Shown here piece after piece: positions 1 to 14,185 of a stretch of 64,000 nucleotides of DNA; positions within the stretch are counted from its first letter, which is position 1, and each line of letters starts with the position of its first letter. Location of the stretch: assembly GCF_009914755.1 (NCBI RefSeq), contig NC_060933.1; one strand, 5' to 3'. The notes beneath the pieces were generated by a model, which saw only the letters and a list, made by a program, of their open reading frames with translations, was not told the origin of the DNA and did not search any database. A program made the translations under genes and the position numbers. Source of the DNA: the human T2T-CHM13v2.0 reference genome, Homo sapiens.

Positions 1-600
1 CGGGATTGAAAATAAAGTTTCTCAAAGGTGATTCCCATCAAGTAGGGCAAAGGTTCAGCAACATGGATCTTTTCGAGATTTATTTGTATTTTCCCAGAGG
101 TTTCTGAGAGGTGGCCTGTTCCTGCTCTGTGACTATCTTCAGAGATGGTGTTTCCTGGTGTGTGACCCTCAGCATATTAAAATTCTGAGATAGTCAGTTT
201 AAAAAAAACTAAAGCTCTGCAATTTAGTGGCTGTCATTAAAAGACACAGGGTGGTAAACAAGATGATTATTTGAAAATAGAAATAGAAAAAAAAGAAAAC
301 ATTCTTAGAGGATATTCTTCAGCTCCTCATTATCTCCAGCCTGCGTTACTGTCCAGTTTACTTAGCAGCCTCCAGTCTTAGTGACCCTTCAATTCGCTCC
401 ACTCCCATCCAAGTGCTCTTTCTAATACGATTTTATTCCTGCCCTGCTTAGAATTCCTCAATAATTCACCATTTTCTTCAGGAAAATAATAGACTACCTT
501 TTGTGTTGTATCCCAAACAGGGTTGCACGTGATTCATTTCACTGTCCACTATGTCTTAAGTTGCAGTAACGCTAAGCTCCTACTCTTCCTTCAAACCTGA

Positions 601-1043
<443 letters not shown>

Positions 1044-1115
1044 TAACTATATCCTGCGTGAGGCTTGCCTTAACTATGTAGGTTGTCTTAGGCAGACCTT
1101 ATTATGTAGCCCTCC

Positions 1116-1896
1116 ATGGGAGGCTAACTAGTGCCCCCAAGGTTGTCCAAGTCCTGATCCCTGGAACCTGCTAAGCTTACCTTATATGACAGAAATGACT
1201 TTGCTGATGTGATTAAATTAAGCTTCTTAAGGATGAGGTGATTATTCTAAGTTATCCAATGACATTAAATGTAACCACAAATGCCTTGTAAAAAAGAAGC
1301 AGAGGGAGATATGACTTTAGAGGAAAAGGCTATGTAATGACAGATGCAAACATTGGAATGATGTACTTTGAAGATGGAAGAAGCAGTCACAAGCCAAGGA
1401 ATACAGGCAGCTGCTAGAAGCTGGAAAAGGCAAGGAAGTGACTTCTCCTCTAGAGACTCCAGAGGAAGTGTGGGTTCACCAACACTTTGATTTTGGTCCA
1501 GTTAAACCCATTTTAGACTCTGGCCTCCAGAGAAGTAGAAATTTATATTGTTTTTTCTTTTTCTTTTCTTTTTTTTTTTTTTTTTGAGACATGGTCTCAC
1601 TCTGTCGCCCAGGCTGGAGTGCAGTAGCACGATCACAGTTCACTGCAGCCTTGATCTCCCAGCTCAAGTGATCCTCCAGCTCAGTCTCCTGAGTAGCTGG
1701 GACTACAGACATGTACTACTATGCCTGGCTATTACTCAGGCTGGTCTTGAATTCCTGGGCTCAAGCCTTCCTCCCACCTCGGCCTCCCAGTTGGAGGGAT
1801 TACAGGTGTGAGTCACCAGTCCTAGCCACATTTCTGTTGTTTTAAGCTACTAAGTTAGCAGTAGTTTGTTATGGCAGCAATAGAAAATGAAAACAC
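1116..1896 (+). mobile_element. MaLR LTR (MLT1D-like), interrupted by an Alu
   Basis: GTCCTGATCCCTGGAACCTG...GACTTTGCTGATGTGATTAAATTAAG...AGAAGCTGGAAAAGGCAAGGAA...TTTGTTATGGCAGCAATAGAAAA match the MLT1 consensus. Confidence 0.85.
1551..1828 (-). mobile_element. Alu (old AluJ-like, internally deleted) inside MLT1
   Basis: T-tract plus GAGACATGGTCTCACTCTGTCGCCCAGGCTGGAGTGCAG; imperfect TSD ATTTATATTGTTTT/ATTTCTGTTGTTTT. Confidence 0.95.
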
Positions 1897-1993
1897 CTTC
1901 TCCACACTGTGCACCTCTATTATAGCAAGTGTTTCAGGCTTTTGTAATCATCTGTGTACTTGCCTTCCCACTAGATTAGGGGATCTCTACTCA

Positions 1994-2997
<1,004 letters not shown>

Positions 2998-4226
2998 TAT
3001 GTACTCTCAGCTCCATGTAACCAGTGATTGTGTCTTAGTCATCTAAATTGTGGATCTTCACACCTGTGGTGGGCGGTGGCTCGGTTCTAAATTCAGTTAT
3101 GTAAGCTTCAGTCCCAGCTGCTTTATCTCTTTCCTGTGCAAGCTGATTCCAGGTTGGCCAGTGATTTTCTTCTCTGCCTGTCTCCATTCTGGAGTTCCCA
3201 TATCACCCTCTGGTCCTGCTTGCCCTAGAGCCCTTTTCTCTGATTCCTCTGGGTAAAAAGATTAGTTTTTTGTAACCAGAGTTTTAGCCACCACTGCAAC
3301 TATTGCTGACCACATGGCAAAGTTGTAAAAATATAAAAAAATGCATTCTATGCAGGGCCCTTTCTCTAAGTTTCCAACTCCCCTTCAAAATATTGTTGCT
3401 TTTAGTCCCAGCACCCTCTAGGTCACTCCAGATCCTCCCAATCCTTCTATTAGTTATTTTTTGGATTTTTCCAGGGTTGATAACTGTTATTTGTAGGAGG
3501 ATTGCTATGTTAGGAGCTCATGCTTTGTACCAGAAATGTGTACATTTTCTTTAGAGAAAGAAAAAATCTTACAGAAGTATTAAAACAAATCATAGCTAGT
3601 TAGCTCTGTATTATTTTATATACACTTGAGTTTGTCAAGCACAATTCAGGAAGTGTGTTCTCCTTACATATAAATGACCACAAGTTGTAGATTGTCCATT
3701 GCTCTGGAAATTCAATAATTTCTACGTCTGGATGGTTCAGACCTCTAGATAGCAGTGTGCTTGCTTGAAGCTACTACTGTGACTGTTCAAAGTGGAAGGT
3801 TCTTTGGTAATTTTGCAAATGGATGAAAATACTAGTGGGCTTTCTTTGAACTCACCCTGGTATTAATTGCCCTTATTTCTGAAAGCAGCAGGGGAGAGGG
3901 AAGTTGGCAAGGAAGAGAAGAAGCAGCCAACATTGACTTCTCTTTCTCTGTGCTCTAGTGAATAAAGGATGAAACATTCACAGAGAGATGAAAATCTTTT
4001 GGTTTGCCCTGAATCAAGCCAGCATGCTTGATGACTCAGGGAAGGCATTGATGGGTACGATGTTAGAAGAAGAAAGAAACAGCAAGCATAGGTTATGAAC
4101 ATATTGTTCTGCCTGTAAAATAGCCACTTGTCTACTTGCCCTGTACAAAGAATGATTTATCCAGGCAAGAACACCCTGTAGGGAAGTGGATCAAAAAGAG
4201 AAACCAACAGGTGAGATGAACTAGAG

Positions 4227-4362
4227 CAGGGCTTGTCAAACTTTAATGTGCAAACCAATCTCCTGGAGGATCTTGTGAAAATGCAGATTCAGACTCAGCA
4301 GTTCTGGATGGTGCCTGAGATTCTGCATGTCTAACAAGCTCCAAGTTGATGCAGATGCTGTT
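4227..4362. mobile_element. MER5-type hAT MITE
   Basis: AAACTTTAATGTGCA...GATCTTGTGAAAATGCAGATTC...GCCTGAGATTCTGCATGTCTAACAAGCTCC. Confidence 0.8.
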
Positions 4363-6349
4363 CTAAATTTCAGTGAACCAGAGGCTTTCAGATAGCAACA
4401 TTTTACCTAGAGCTGATCCTAGTGCCAGGTGAGGAGAGTCAAATGATCGTTTCATTTATTTTACTGCCAGGAAAAAATTCCATGGGGGAAAGAGGAAAAA
4501 TTTTTACTTGTGTTGGTCAATTTTTTTGTGCGTATTCAAAACACGATGTTAATTTATTATCAGGGTTAGCACTTATTACGCTCCCACTCATTCTGGCTGC
4601 TTTGCAACAATACAGCTTGTTATGTGTTATGAGATGTCAACAGCTGTGTTATTGATGCTAATGCAATTTTTCTCACTAATAATTATAATAAAACTACTAC
4701 TTTAAGCTTGGAATTATTTTACCCTGATATTCTTTTTGGGGCGTTTTATACCATACTTTAAATCTGTGTTTTTCTTTCATGTAATAAGAAATGAGAATCT
4801 ATTTATATTTGTCATTAAGCTTGGTTTTCATGATATATTTTAGTTGAGTTTTTAATATTTATGATCACAAAATTCAGAGAGAAAGAATTAAATAGCTTAT
4901 TCTTTACTTTGTACCTGTGTTTTCTGAAACGTAAGTTGAGACTGGTGGAAAAACAAAGATTGCCCTTCCTCTTCTGGGTATGAAATGTACTTTGCAGAGC
5001 AAGGATACTAAAATGTTAGAATAGTAGAAGTCAGGGTATTTTGATGGTTTCGGACAATGGGAAAGAATATCAGAAAAATACTTCCATAGACATTTGATAA
5101 ATATGATTGGCTAATGTAAAAATATAATAACAAAATAGTCTTGAAAATTCATCTGACTCCCTAAGATGATCCCCCATTCGTGCAGCCTGATCTTAGCATT
5201 GTCCAAACAAAACAGAATTATTTTGTCTTAAGTCCCAGGAGCATATTTCACCCCAAAAATTTAAATGCATATTGAGGATTCATACTCTCATTCAACAAAT
5301 ATCCTACTGTTTTTAAAGGCATTGTTAAAATTCCTTTTAAAATTCCTTTTAAGTAGGTTTTGATTTGGTAGATAAGAAAGGCCCATTAAAAAAAAAAGAT
5401 GATTAAAAGAAAATAAATCAACCTAGTAAAATAAATCAACCAGTAGAACCTGTATACAAAAGAATCTGAGAGGCAAAAATAATTTGGTGATTCAGAAGAG
5501 ATAGATGAGGCCACATTCCTTTGGACACTTTAGAGGAGGTTCATAGCAAAGGGTTAGGGGGTGGGGAGGTCGATCTATACTATATTGATTTTTAGTACGT
5601 CACACCTCTCTTTGATACTTCTGAAGCTAAAATAAATTACAAGTTTGACATTTTGGGTGTCATCTTGATATTTTTAATGGCATATTGTCCTCCTGGAAAG
5701 GTAAGGAGATAGAAGGTGAGAAGAAAGCAAAAGAGGTCCTATCACTAACCACAACCTTCTATATATTTCTTCTTAAAAGAGAGAGCTGGTAGAAGATGTT
5801 GAAACCATAATTAGGGAATTAAAACAACTGTAAGAAGAATGTTTCCTGCTTTTAAATCCTCCATTTCAATGACAACTCTGCTTTCTTTTATCATTTAGGA
5901 TCAGCATAAAAACTTTTATAAAAAGATTAGTTTGGGAGAAATGGATCACCTTTAAGGCCTTAAAAATTTTGTGATCGAACCAATTCCCACACATCTTGAG
6001 AGAAATTAATTTATTCAGTCGTTCATGCACTGAATATATTCATTAAACATCTATTTTCTAACAAGTACTGGGCTATAAGCTACATAAAGATGAATAAAAG
6101 GTAAATGAAAACAATTGACAAATATGCTTATTAGAATAAGGCTAATTATAAAGGAGAGGAGAGTTCATTTTCCCTGTACATAGCATTTGTTCAAAGCAGA
6201 AAACCTTAATTATGCCCTCATTGAACCCCTTCCAAAAAGATCTATGAATAAGATGATTGATAATAAATTCTAAATTAAATTGTGCTTAGAGAAATTTTAG
6301 AAATTACAGAACAGAGAAAGAACTAAGGAATACATTCAAATACTGGACC

Positions 6350-6690
6350 TACATTAGCACAGCTTTCACTAAACAAACCCAAAATGGTTTTTAAAAACAA
6401 ATATTTATATCATACTCACATTACCTGTCATCTTTGGTTTGGCTATGGTTCTATACTGTATACCTTCTTAATCCTGGGTTCCAAGCTAAGGGAGCAGCCC
6501 TTATGTGAGGCAAATAATCTTTGTTGGGGAAAGGAAAGAAAAATGGTGGAAGAAGGCAATGACTCATAAAGCATCAACTCAGGCATAGCATATATTCTGA
6601 TCACATTCCACGGGCCAAAGCAAGTCAGATGGTAAGTTAATGTTAATGAGTGAGGAGAAATGTAACCATCTAAAAGTGAAGAAGAGAAAA
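6350..6690. mobile_element. Old MaLR LTR fragment (MLT1K/L-like)
   Basis: TCACATTCCACGGGCCAAAGCAAGTCAGATGG motif typical of old MLT1. Confidence 0.5.
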
Positions 6691-7764
6691 TAATTAGAAA
6701 CAATTAATTGATATTTAATTAAATAAAATTTAAATTATTCTTTTAGAAGACAAAGCAGAAAGATTGAGAAAGAGACCAGAGACAATACATTTAAAACAAA
6801 TTTGCCAAGGGTTTAGATAGGATAGCACCTATCTAATATTCCCCTATATGGCATTTAGATAGGAGCAATAACTCCTATATGGCTCGTATATGGCTGAAGC
6901 AGAGGCCTTGTATGTTGTTCAGGTTAAATTGCAGACAACAGAATTCACTCTAGTTAGTTTAATCAGAAGGGAATTTTTACGGTAAGAATAGACACTTAAA
7001 AAATTATTTAGCTCTCAACTTAATTCAAGGAATAGTTTCCAGGCTCAGAACTAATTCACCTCTGACATAATTGTAAAATTTACTTCTCCCTCTACAGAAA
7101 GTTTTCAATCCACTATTGGCACTTCTGATTGCAAAACACATGACTTCTGCCATAACCAGGAAAATAAGCTGCCAGAATGGAAAACTGCTGAGACAGCTCT
7201 AGAACCATCATATCTGCTATATTGTATGCAGCTAAATAGATGCTCTACCCCGTCCCTCTTTTCACATGACTTTAGGGATCAAGATTTACATAAGAACATT
7301 GATTGGTGGAATATAAATCACATTGAGAAACCTGGATACAAAAGAATCTGGGAAGGTAGTGTTTTTTAGTAATAGAGAGGCTTTATTTAATCTTTATAAT
7401 AATTATGCTATTTGGTTAGTGTTCTTTTGGTTTCTTGTGTTCTACTAATCACACAAGAAATGAAAGTAAATAAATAAATAAAAAATAAAACATATTGAGA
7501 AATCTTATAAAGGTTATACTTATTTTATGTTGGCTTTTTTATTTTTAGAAATGAAGTATATCAGGTAGAAAAATTAAAGTCCCAATAATTGAAAGACATT
7601 CTTTTCTAAGGCTAACAAAGGCGGGAAACAAAACAATGACTCACATTTAACAAACTCTCAGTTAAAGAGAGAACATTCTGACCAGAATTTGATATGAAAT
7701 CAAATATGCTTTTGTTTATCGACTATAAAGAAAATTAGCACTTTTTCAAATATTATTTAATAAG

Positions 7765-8073
7765 AAAGAAAGTAAAGCTACAAGAAAGTTGAAAGAATAG
7801 TGTTTGAATACCTGATAACCATTCACCTGTTTCACTATTAAACTATTGCCACACTTGCTCTCTCTCTCTCTCTCATATAAATAAATGCTTTATTCTCTGC
7901 CTACCTTCACCTGTTACTGTGAGTTAGATTTTGCAGAACTATTTGAAAGTAAGTTGCAGACATCATGACACTTCATCATGAATCATTCAACATGAATATC
8001 CTAAGAACAAGGACATTTCCCTACTTAACCATAATACCGTTAACATACCCAAGAAATTTAACACTGACTCAAT
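7765..8073 (-). mobile_element. L1MC/ME 3' end fragment
   Basis: ATTTGAAAGTAAGTTGCAGACATCATGACACTTCA...CCTAAGAACAAGGACATT...CCCAAGAAATTTAACACTGA. Confidence 0.75.
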
Positions 8074-9304
8074 GGAAAATATAACTTTTAGCTTTCAGGG
8101 CATTAAAAAAGAGGTTGGAATGGATGTTTACTAAACCTGGGCAAATTGTCTTTCATTTTTAAGTTCAAGAAATGCCTTCTCTTATATAGGGGTTGACTTT
8201 GATGTCTAATGCTGTCAATATCCTGTCAGTCCCTGAAGGTGAATTTTCTACTCAATTCCTTTCAAAATCATTTCCCTTCTGGGCAGAAATTATCATAAAT
8301 GTAGCAATTTATTCTTGCTATGCCCTGAGAATTAACTCAGGGTAAGTTGAACTTGCAGCGCCAGAGTCAGGCTCTGACAGAACACATCTGTTTGGTGCCA
8401 GCAGCTGTAGCTTTGGTCATAGAACTCATTTTCAAAGTGTGAACAGGAAAGAATTGGGTCGGGTTTTTTTTTGTTTGTTTGTTTATCTGTTTGGCTTTAA
8501 TGATGTCCACAAAAAGAAAAGATGGAAGAAAATATGCTACTGGTATTGCCTCTGTTACTTCTATAATTCTGAAGCACCTTATTACAGTAAATTAAGTAAA
8601 ATTCAGAAGGAAAAGCAAAATATAAATCTGTTTTTTAAAATAACTGCTGCAGGTTAAACACAACACAACTCTCTTTGTAGAACTGAGATGAAAAGTCACT
8701 ACCTAGAACCATAACTAACTACAGTGTCTTTTGCATCATTCATCTCTAGAGAGATGGCCTTTAAAAATATATATAATTGCTTGTTAACTCACTTTAAGAG
8801 CAATCTGAAATGGAGGGAGAGGAGGAGGAAACTTCTGAAGCATAAAGAAGCAACTCCCTGGGTTGATTTCCTCCTAATGGCCATGGCTTTCTTTCAGAGA
8901 TACTTTTTCTGTACATCATGCTTGCACATTTTGATTTTACAAGTGACACAAGCTTTTCATACCTCCAATAGGAGCATGTCTGAAAAAGTACAAAGTCCAC
9001 TCTTCCTAGATGCTCCTTTATCTATCCCAACAACACCTGAAGCTTCTAATACAATGATGAGAAAGCTTGCATTTTATTTCTGTCTTAAGAGAGTTTAAAA
9101 TGAATCCAGATTATACTTTTCACTGTTTTCATTTCCTTCCTAGAGATTTGAAAATTCTGAGATAGAAATTTCAGAATTGTTTAAAATTAAAGGTAAGAAA
9201 AATGACTCGTGAATAAATAAATCTCCACTTCATGGACTGAGGGCTGAGATATTATTCATGGCCTCCTTGATAATTTTGGAAGATAGCTACAAGTTATTTG
9301 ATAG

Positions 9305-9461
9305 TACAGCTGGTCATCCCTATCTGCAGATGTTAAGCCCATGGATGTGGAAAGCTGACTGCACAACACCATTTTATATCAGAGACTTGAGCATCCACAG
9401 ATTTTTTGTATTCACTGGTGGTCCTGGAATCAACCCCTTTAGATACCAAGTGATGTCTCTA
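9305..9461. mobile_element. Tigger-derived MITE (MER2/Tigger3-like)
   Basis: CCATTTTATATCAGAGACTTGAGCATCCACAGATTTT...GGTCCTGGAATCAACCCC is the reverse complement of the MER2 end. Confidence 0.7.
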
Positions 9462-10246
9462 TTTTATTGATCCATATATATGAAGAAGCTAATAGATGTT
9501 AAGTTAGTATTTGTCAAATGCTAAGATGCATTCAAACTTTTGTAAAAACTCAATGAAATGTGAGCAGGTAAGTCTAAAAAAGGGGGAAGACATTTGCTCA
9601 AGGGTTTAAGGGCAGCGACCATAGCAGGAAATGTAAAACCTTTTTGTTTTAGGAAGTTGGGAGATACTATGGTGGTTAAAAGATGGTCTCAAGAAATAAA
9701 AGTACCTTGTGGTTGGCCTTATGAAGAGAAATTAATCCGTTTTAGAAAAGCGATTTAAAATGTATATTTATTGAGGACCTGCTATGTTCAAAGCACTGTG
9801 TAGAGCATATCTCTATTATATAATGAAAAAAATGTTTTACACATTCGTTCCCTATAAAAAACAGGTACTAACAATCCAATGGAAACCAGAAGACATCTTC
9901 CAATACCTCGTGCCAAACCCCCTTCCACTTCCATCTTCCATCACTCAACCAATATGAATTCATCAACACAAAACATTAGTTGATGCATAGAGAGAGCAAT
10001 CTTGTTTCTATTTGTATGATTTGAAGTAAAAGAAATAATTTATTTTTTCCTCTTGATTTTCCTCTTATCCCTAGGCACTACCCTTAGTTAATGTATTATG
10101 ACTTTGTCTAATAATATAGTAGATACAGTGCTTGAGTCATGAAACAATGGATACACCTTATCTTTCTGTCATTTCTTCTATGACACCTAATGTGAGCCAT
10201 GTTCCCCCAACTTTTAAAACTTTTCCTCATTCTTGAACACATATAT

Positions 10247-10670
10247 TGTCCTGGTTTAGGTTACCCCAGAAACAGCCTTGGGGCAAGGATTCATGTTTGT
10301 TTGGAAGGTACAGGAAACGTCAGTAAAAGAACAGAAAAATTAGACAGGAAAGGGAAACAAACTGATAAAGGAATACACATAAAGGCTTGTAGATTTGTTT
10401 CTATTACAAGGAACTGGAACTGAATTTCACTGGGAGAATCGTGAAAGGCAGAGTAGAGTCTTCAGTGGCAAGGGAGCTGGACATTTATACACAAATTCTT
10501 AGGGGATATTAATTCCTCAGCTCTTTGGCCAGCCTACCTATAGGAAACAGTGGCATCCAGTCACTTCGGAGAACACTCTCAAGCAAATAGGTTAAGATAC
10601 TCATGGTTAGAAGTTGACCACTGAAGTTGGAGTCCCAAGGGCTATGAGAGATGTGCCTCTGCCATACACA
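10247..10670 (-). mobile_element. ERVL LTR (LTR16-like)
   Basis: TGTCCTGGTTTAGGTTACCCCAGAAACAGCCTTGGGGCAAGGATTC...AGACAGGAAAGGGAAA. Confidence 0.6.
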
Positions 10671-12450
10671 CTGTCCTGACCTGTGGCCTCATGTATTCTT
10701 TATTTTCCCCCATAGGTCTTTGCTCCCCATCTCTTCCCACCTTCTACTTAAGCAATTTCTTATGATATTATCTCAAAATCATCTTTTTGATGCTTTCCAT
10801 AACAACCAAATTAAGTTTATTCTTTCCTTTATTGTCCTGTGTAACACCTATGTAATATATAAAATAATTCTTATCTTGTTCTATTTTGTACTGAGAATAT
10901 TTTTAAGTATATGTTTCACTTTTACTATTAGAAAATGTGATTTCAAAAAAATAGGGACTCTGTAAATTCACATCTCTTTCAGTGTCTGGCAAAGTGTCTT
11001 GCACACAATTGACACCCCAAAAAACTTCGTAGAGGGAATTTACTGAATGAATGTGCACTGAAAACTAAATAGCACAAGGAAATAAAATGCTGGTATTTTA
11101 GTATCAACATTTATCTAGCAAAATGTAGATAAGTACATGCACTACAAAAAGCACATTTTATTCATACTACCAAATGAAGCAAGGATTTACAAAGAAAAAG
11201 TCAAAGCACAAAAAGATTTGGTATATATTGTTTTCAACCTGATTATGATAACTTTACTTTGGCACTTTCTCTCAGCTTTTTTATTATCTAGTTTCAAGCC
11301 CTCAAAGTTCCACTTGTTAAATACATTTTTAGTATTATTTACAAAGTTACTATAAATTCCATGCGATTGAAATCACTACAGTTGAAACTTTCATTATTAT
11401 CATAGCAGGTAATATCTGCTCATCTCTGTCATGCTGAAAATATCTCCCTTTCCTAATAGCCAGAAAATATCTTTCTCTTGCTCTCTTTGCCTTTTAAGTG
11501 AACAGATTTGATGTCACTATGTTATTATCACTTTCCTTCTGGCATCATTATCTCAGGTTTTCCCTTAGTTTATGAACTGATTTTATTTTGTGAAGTGCAA
11601 GCTGCACAAATTAAATATATTAACATTATTTAAAGTCATATTGTATTTCTAGGTGGATCTTTTACTGATAGAAATAGGTGAAAAATCTTGATAATCAGGT
11701 ATGTTTGGACTGACGGAAAGAGAACTCGAAGCGATAGAGAACAGGTGAAGTTGTAAGGGTTTACTGCTAGGCTTTCATTCAATAGTTAAGGTTTTACTTC
11801 TAGTACTATTTGAAAGGTAGGCATTTCAGTCTAGGATTTCATGATCCTACAGTTTATGAGCGAGAAAGTATTCCAATGGTCTATGTCTGCTTCTGTCTTT
11901 AGTTGTCCAGCGTATTTAGATGATATCGCCTGAATCCACACAGGAAGACATATATCTAGGGATTACCAACTCACAATTGGGTCCATAGATTATGAGGACA
12001 ATAAAAAAGACAATGGCTGCACATGAATGGATCCATGTGGAATAAAATATGCTATACCATCACATTACAGATAGTTCTGTATAAATATCATGTGCAAATA
12101 TTTTACTAAATTTACTACTATAGATGAAACATACAAGAAAAATAGCAGTGATCTGAGTCATTACTATGGGATAAAATGATATGCACTAATTTTCATCTTG
12201 AGCTAAAATTCAAGACACTATAATAGCTTTTAATATTCTTTCCTAAATATATGGGTATCACTGCCTTTAATCTTAGAAAAGGATGAGGGTTAGGATGTGG
12301 CTCATTGAAAAGATAGAAGCAGCTGTTATGTCATAATCAAAACAACTCTTCATCTCTGCCATGATATTTTATGCAAAGTTTTGTGTTTGTTGCATATATT
12401 TCCATACTTAGAATAATATAAATAGGAGTTAACATGTAATATTGATATAC

Positions 12451-12454
<4 letters not shown>

Positions 12455-12509
<55 letters not shown>

Positions 12510-12516
12510 TACATAC
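12455..12516. repeat. (TA)n-(CA)n microsatellite
   Basis: About 22 perfect AT units followed by CA units. Confidence 0.97.
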
Positions 12517-13914
12517 AGTGTCCCAGCAAAGGAAGCTTAGATTTGAGTCATTTTAATGTATGAAACGACATTTTTCTTATTTAAAAAACCTATTCTCTAA
12601 AGGATTCTGAACTTCCTTCAAAAGACCAGATTTAAGTTCCACTTTTTCATTTACTCACTGTATGATGTTGGGTAAATTACATAAACTTTCTAAGCTCTAC
12701 ATGTCTCATTTAGAAAAAAAAATGATGATTAAATAGTGTATTTGAAAACACTTTATAACGTATTATACTCTACAATTCTTTATATTATTCAGAGTTTAGA
12801 TATGCAATTAAAAAATTACCACCAGAGGAAAATAGTTACCTTTATCTGTTTGACATCTAATATTCCATCAGTTTTTTTTAATTTGCTAGTTCCTTTTCTT
12901 TTTGCTCCTGCACATTTTTCTTTTTGCTATAGTTTTAACACACAAAGACATCTTCCTTTGTCCTATTTAAGTTCCTCTCGTTGCCTTATAATCTTAGGAG
13001 AGAACTTCTAATCACTTAAATTTTTATCAGACACACAAATAAATGAAAAAGTCTGAAGTTCACTAGTTCTGGGATGGAGATTATTCCTGTGGATAGCATC
13101 CAATTTAGCCACAAAAATAAATGTTCAAAGCCTTATTTTTTTGCAGTGAAAGCAAACCACTTTGTGACTTCAGTTATGAAGAAATGATGTCAAAAATCAA
13201 TAAAACAGCAGGTTTTCCCTAATCCAACATCTTTTCTGTCAATAAAAGTATACAATTATATGATAGAAAAGATGACAGTTAGGGAGATTTCAGTGGGATA
13301 AATACAATCTTCCAGCCTGATATATTCAGAGACCATTTGTAAATAGTATGTTTCAGTTTGCCCCTAAAAAGTACTAATTGGCTATGACTAAAGAGAACAG
13401 CTGGGATCAAGGACTGAATCGAGATCACAGCCAGGCAGACAGCAGCCTTTCACCCCATGGAGCTTGTGTCTGGTTAGAGACACTTTTTTCTGCCAGTACT
13501 ATTTCAACCACCCAAAAATATTCCTGCATTTGTCCCCAGAATTATATTCCCGATATTCCCAAATGTCTGAAAGGTCATATATTCTGAGCGGAGGAGATGC
13601 TTAGAGCAATAATATTCTGGGAAGGTTTCTGTTCTCCTCAATATTAAACCAGTGACTGCCTCAGTATTGAACTCCAGAACATTACTATGAATATTGCCTG
13701 GGAAGAGCATTCCAAATTTTATTGCTATGATGATGAAACAAGGCAAAGACCAGTAATTTGGGTGAGTACTAAGGTATAGCTGAAAACAGTTTCTCTGTCT
13801 CCTGACACCTTAAAACATACCATGCCTACCTATTTCCCAGTCATTTCTATGACTTTTTTGTGATTATTTTGAATAAAATGTGTTTTTTATTCATTTTTCT
13901 ATGAAAACACTATT

Positions 13915-14185
13915 CTTTTTTATGTTTTATTTATTTTTATTTATTTATTTTTTATTTTTATTTTTTATTTTTTAAATTTTTTTATTTTATTATTATTATA
14001 CTTTAAGTTTTAGGGTACATGTGCACAATGTGCAGGTTAGTTACATATGTATACATGTGCCATGCTGGTGCGCTGCACCCATTAACTCGTCATTTAGCAT
14101 TAGGTATATCTCCTAATGCTATCCCTCCCCACTCTCCCCACCCCACAAGAGTCCCCAGAGTGTGATGTTCCCCTTCCTGTGTCCA
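13915..14185 (-). mobile_element. 5'-truncated young L1PA (L1PA3-like) 3' end with patterned A-tail
   Basis: TTATTATACTTTAAGTTTTAGGGTACATGTGCACAATGTGCAGGTTAG...GTGATGTTCCCCTTCCTGTGTCCA. Confidence 0.95.

Noticed and set aside
4530-4690. Possible conserved non-coding element with homeobox-like TAAT motifs
   Set aside because: Cannot be supported without alignments; such motifs are common in AT-rich DNA
6812-6897. Short hairpin TTAGATAGG...CCTATCTAA with local CCTATATGGC repeats
   Set aside because: Only a 9-bp stem; compatible with ordinary local slippage
8724-9098. 124-aa plus-strand ORF
   Set aside because: Non-ATG start and no plus-strand splice support; splice-like signals here are on the minus strand
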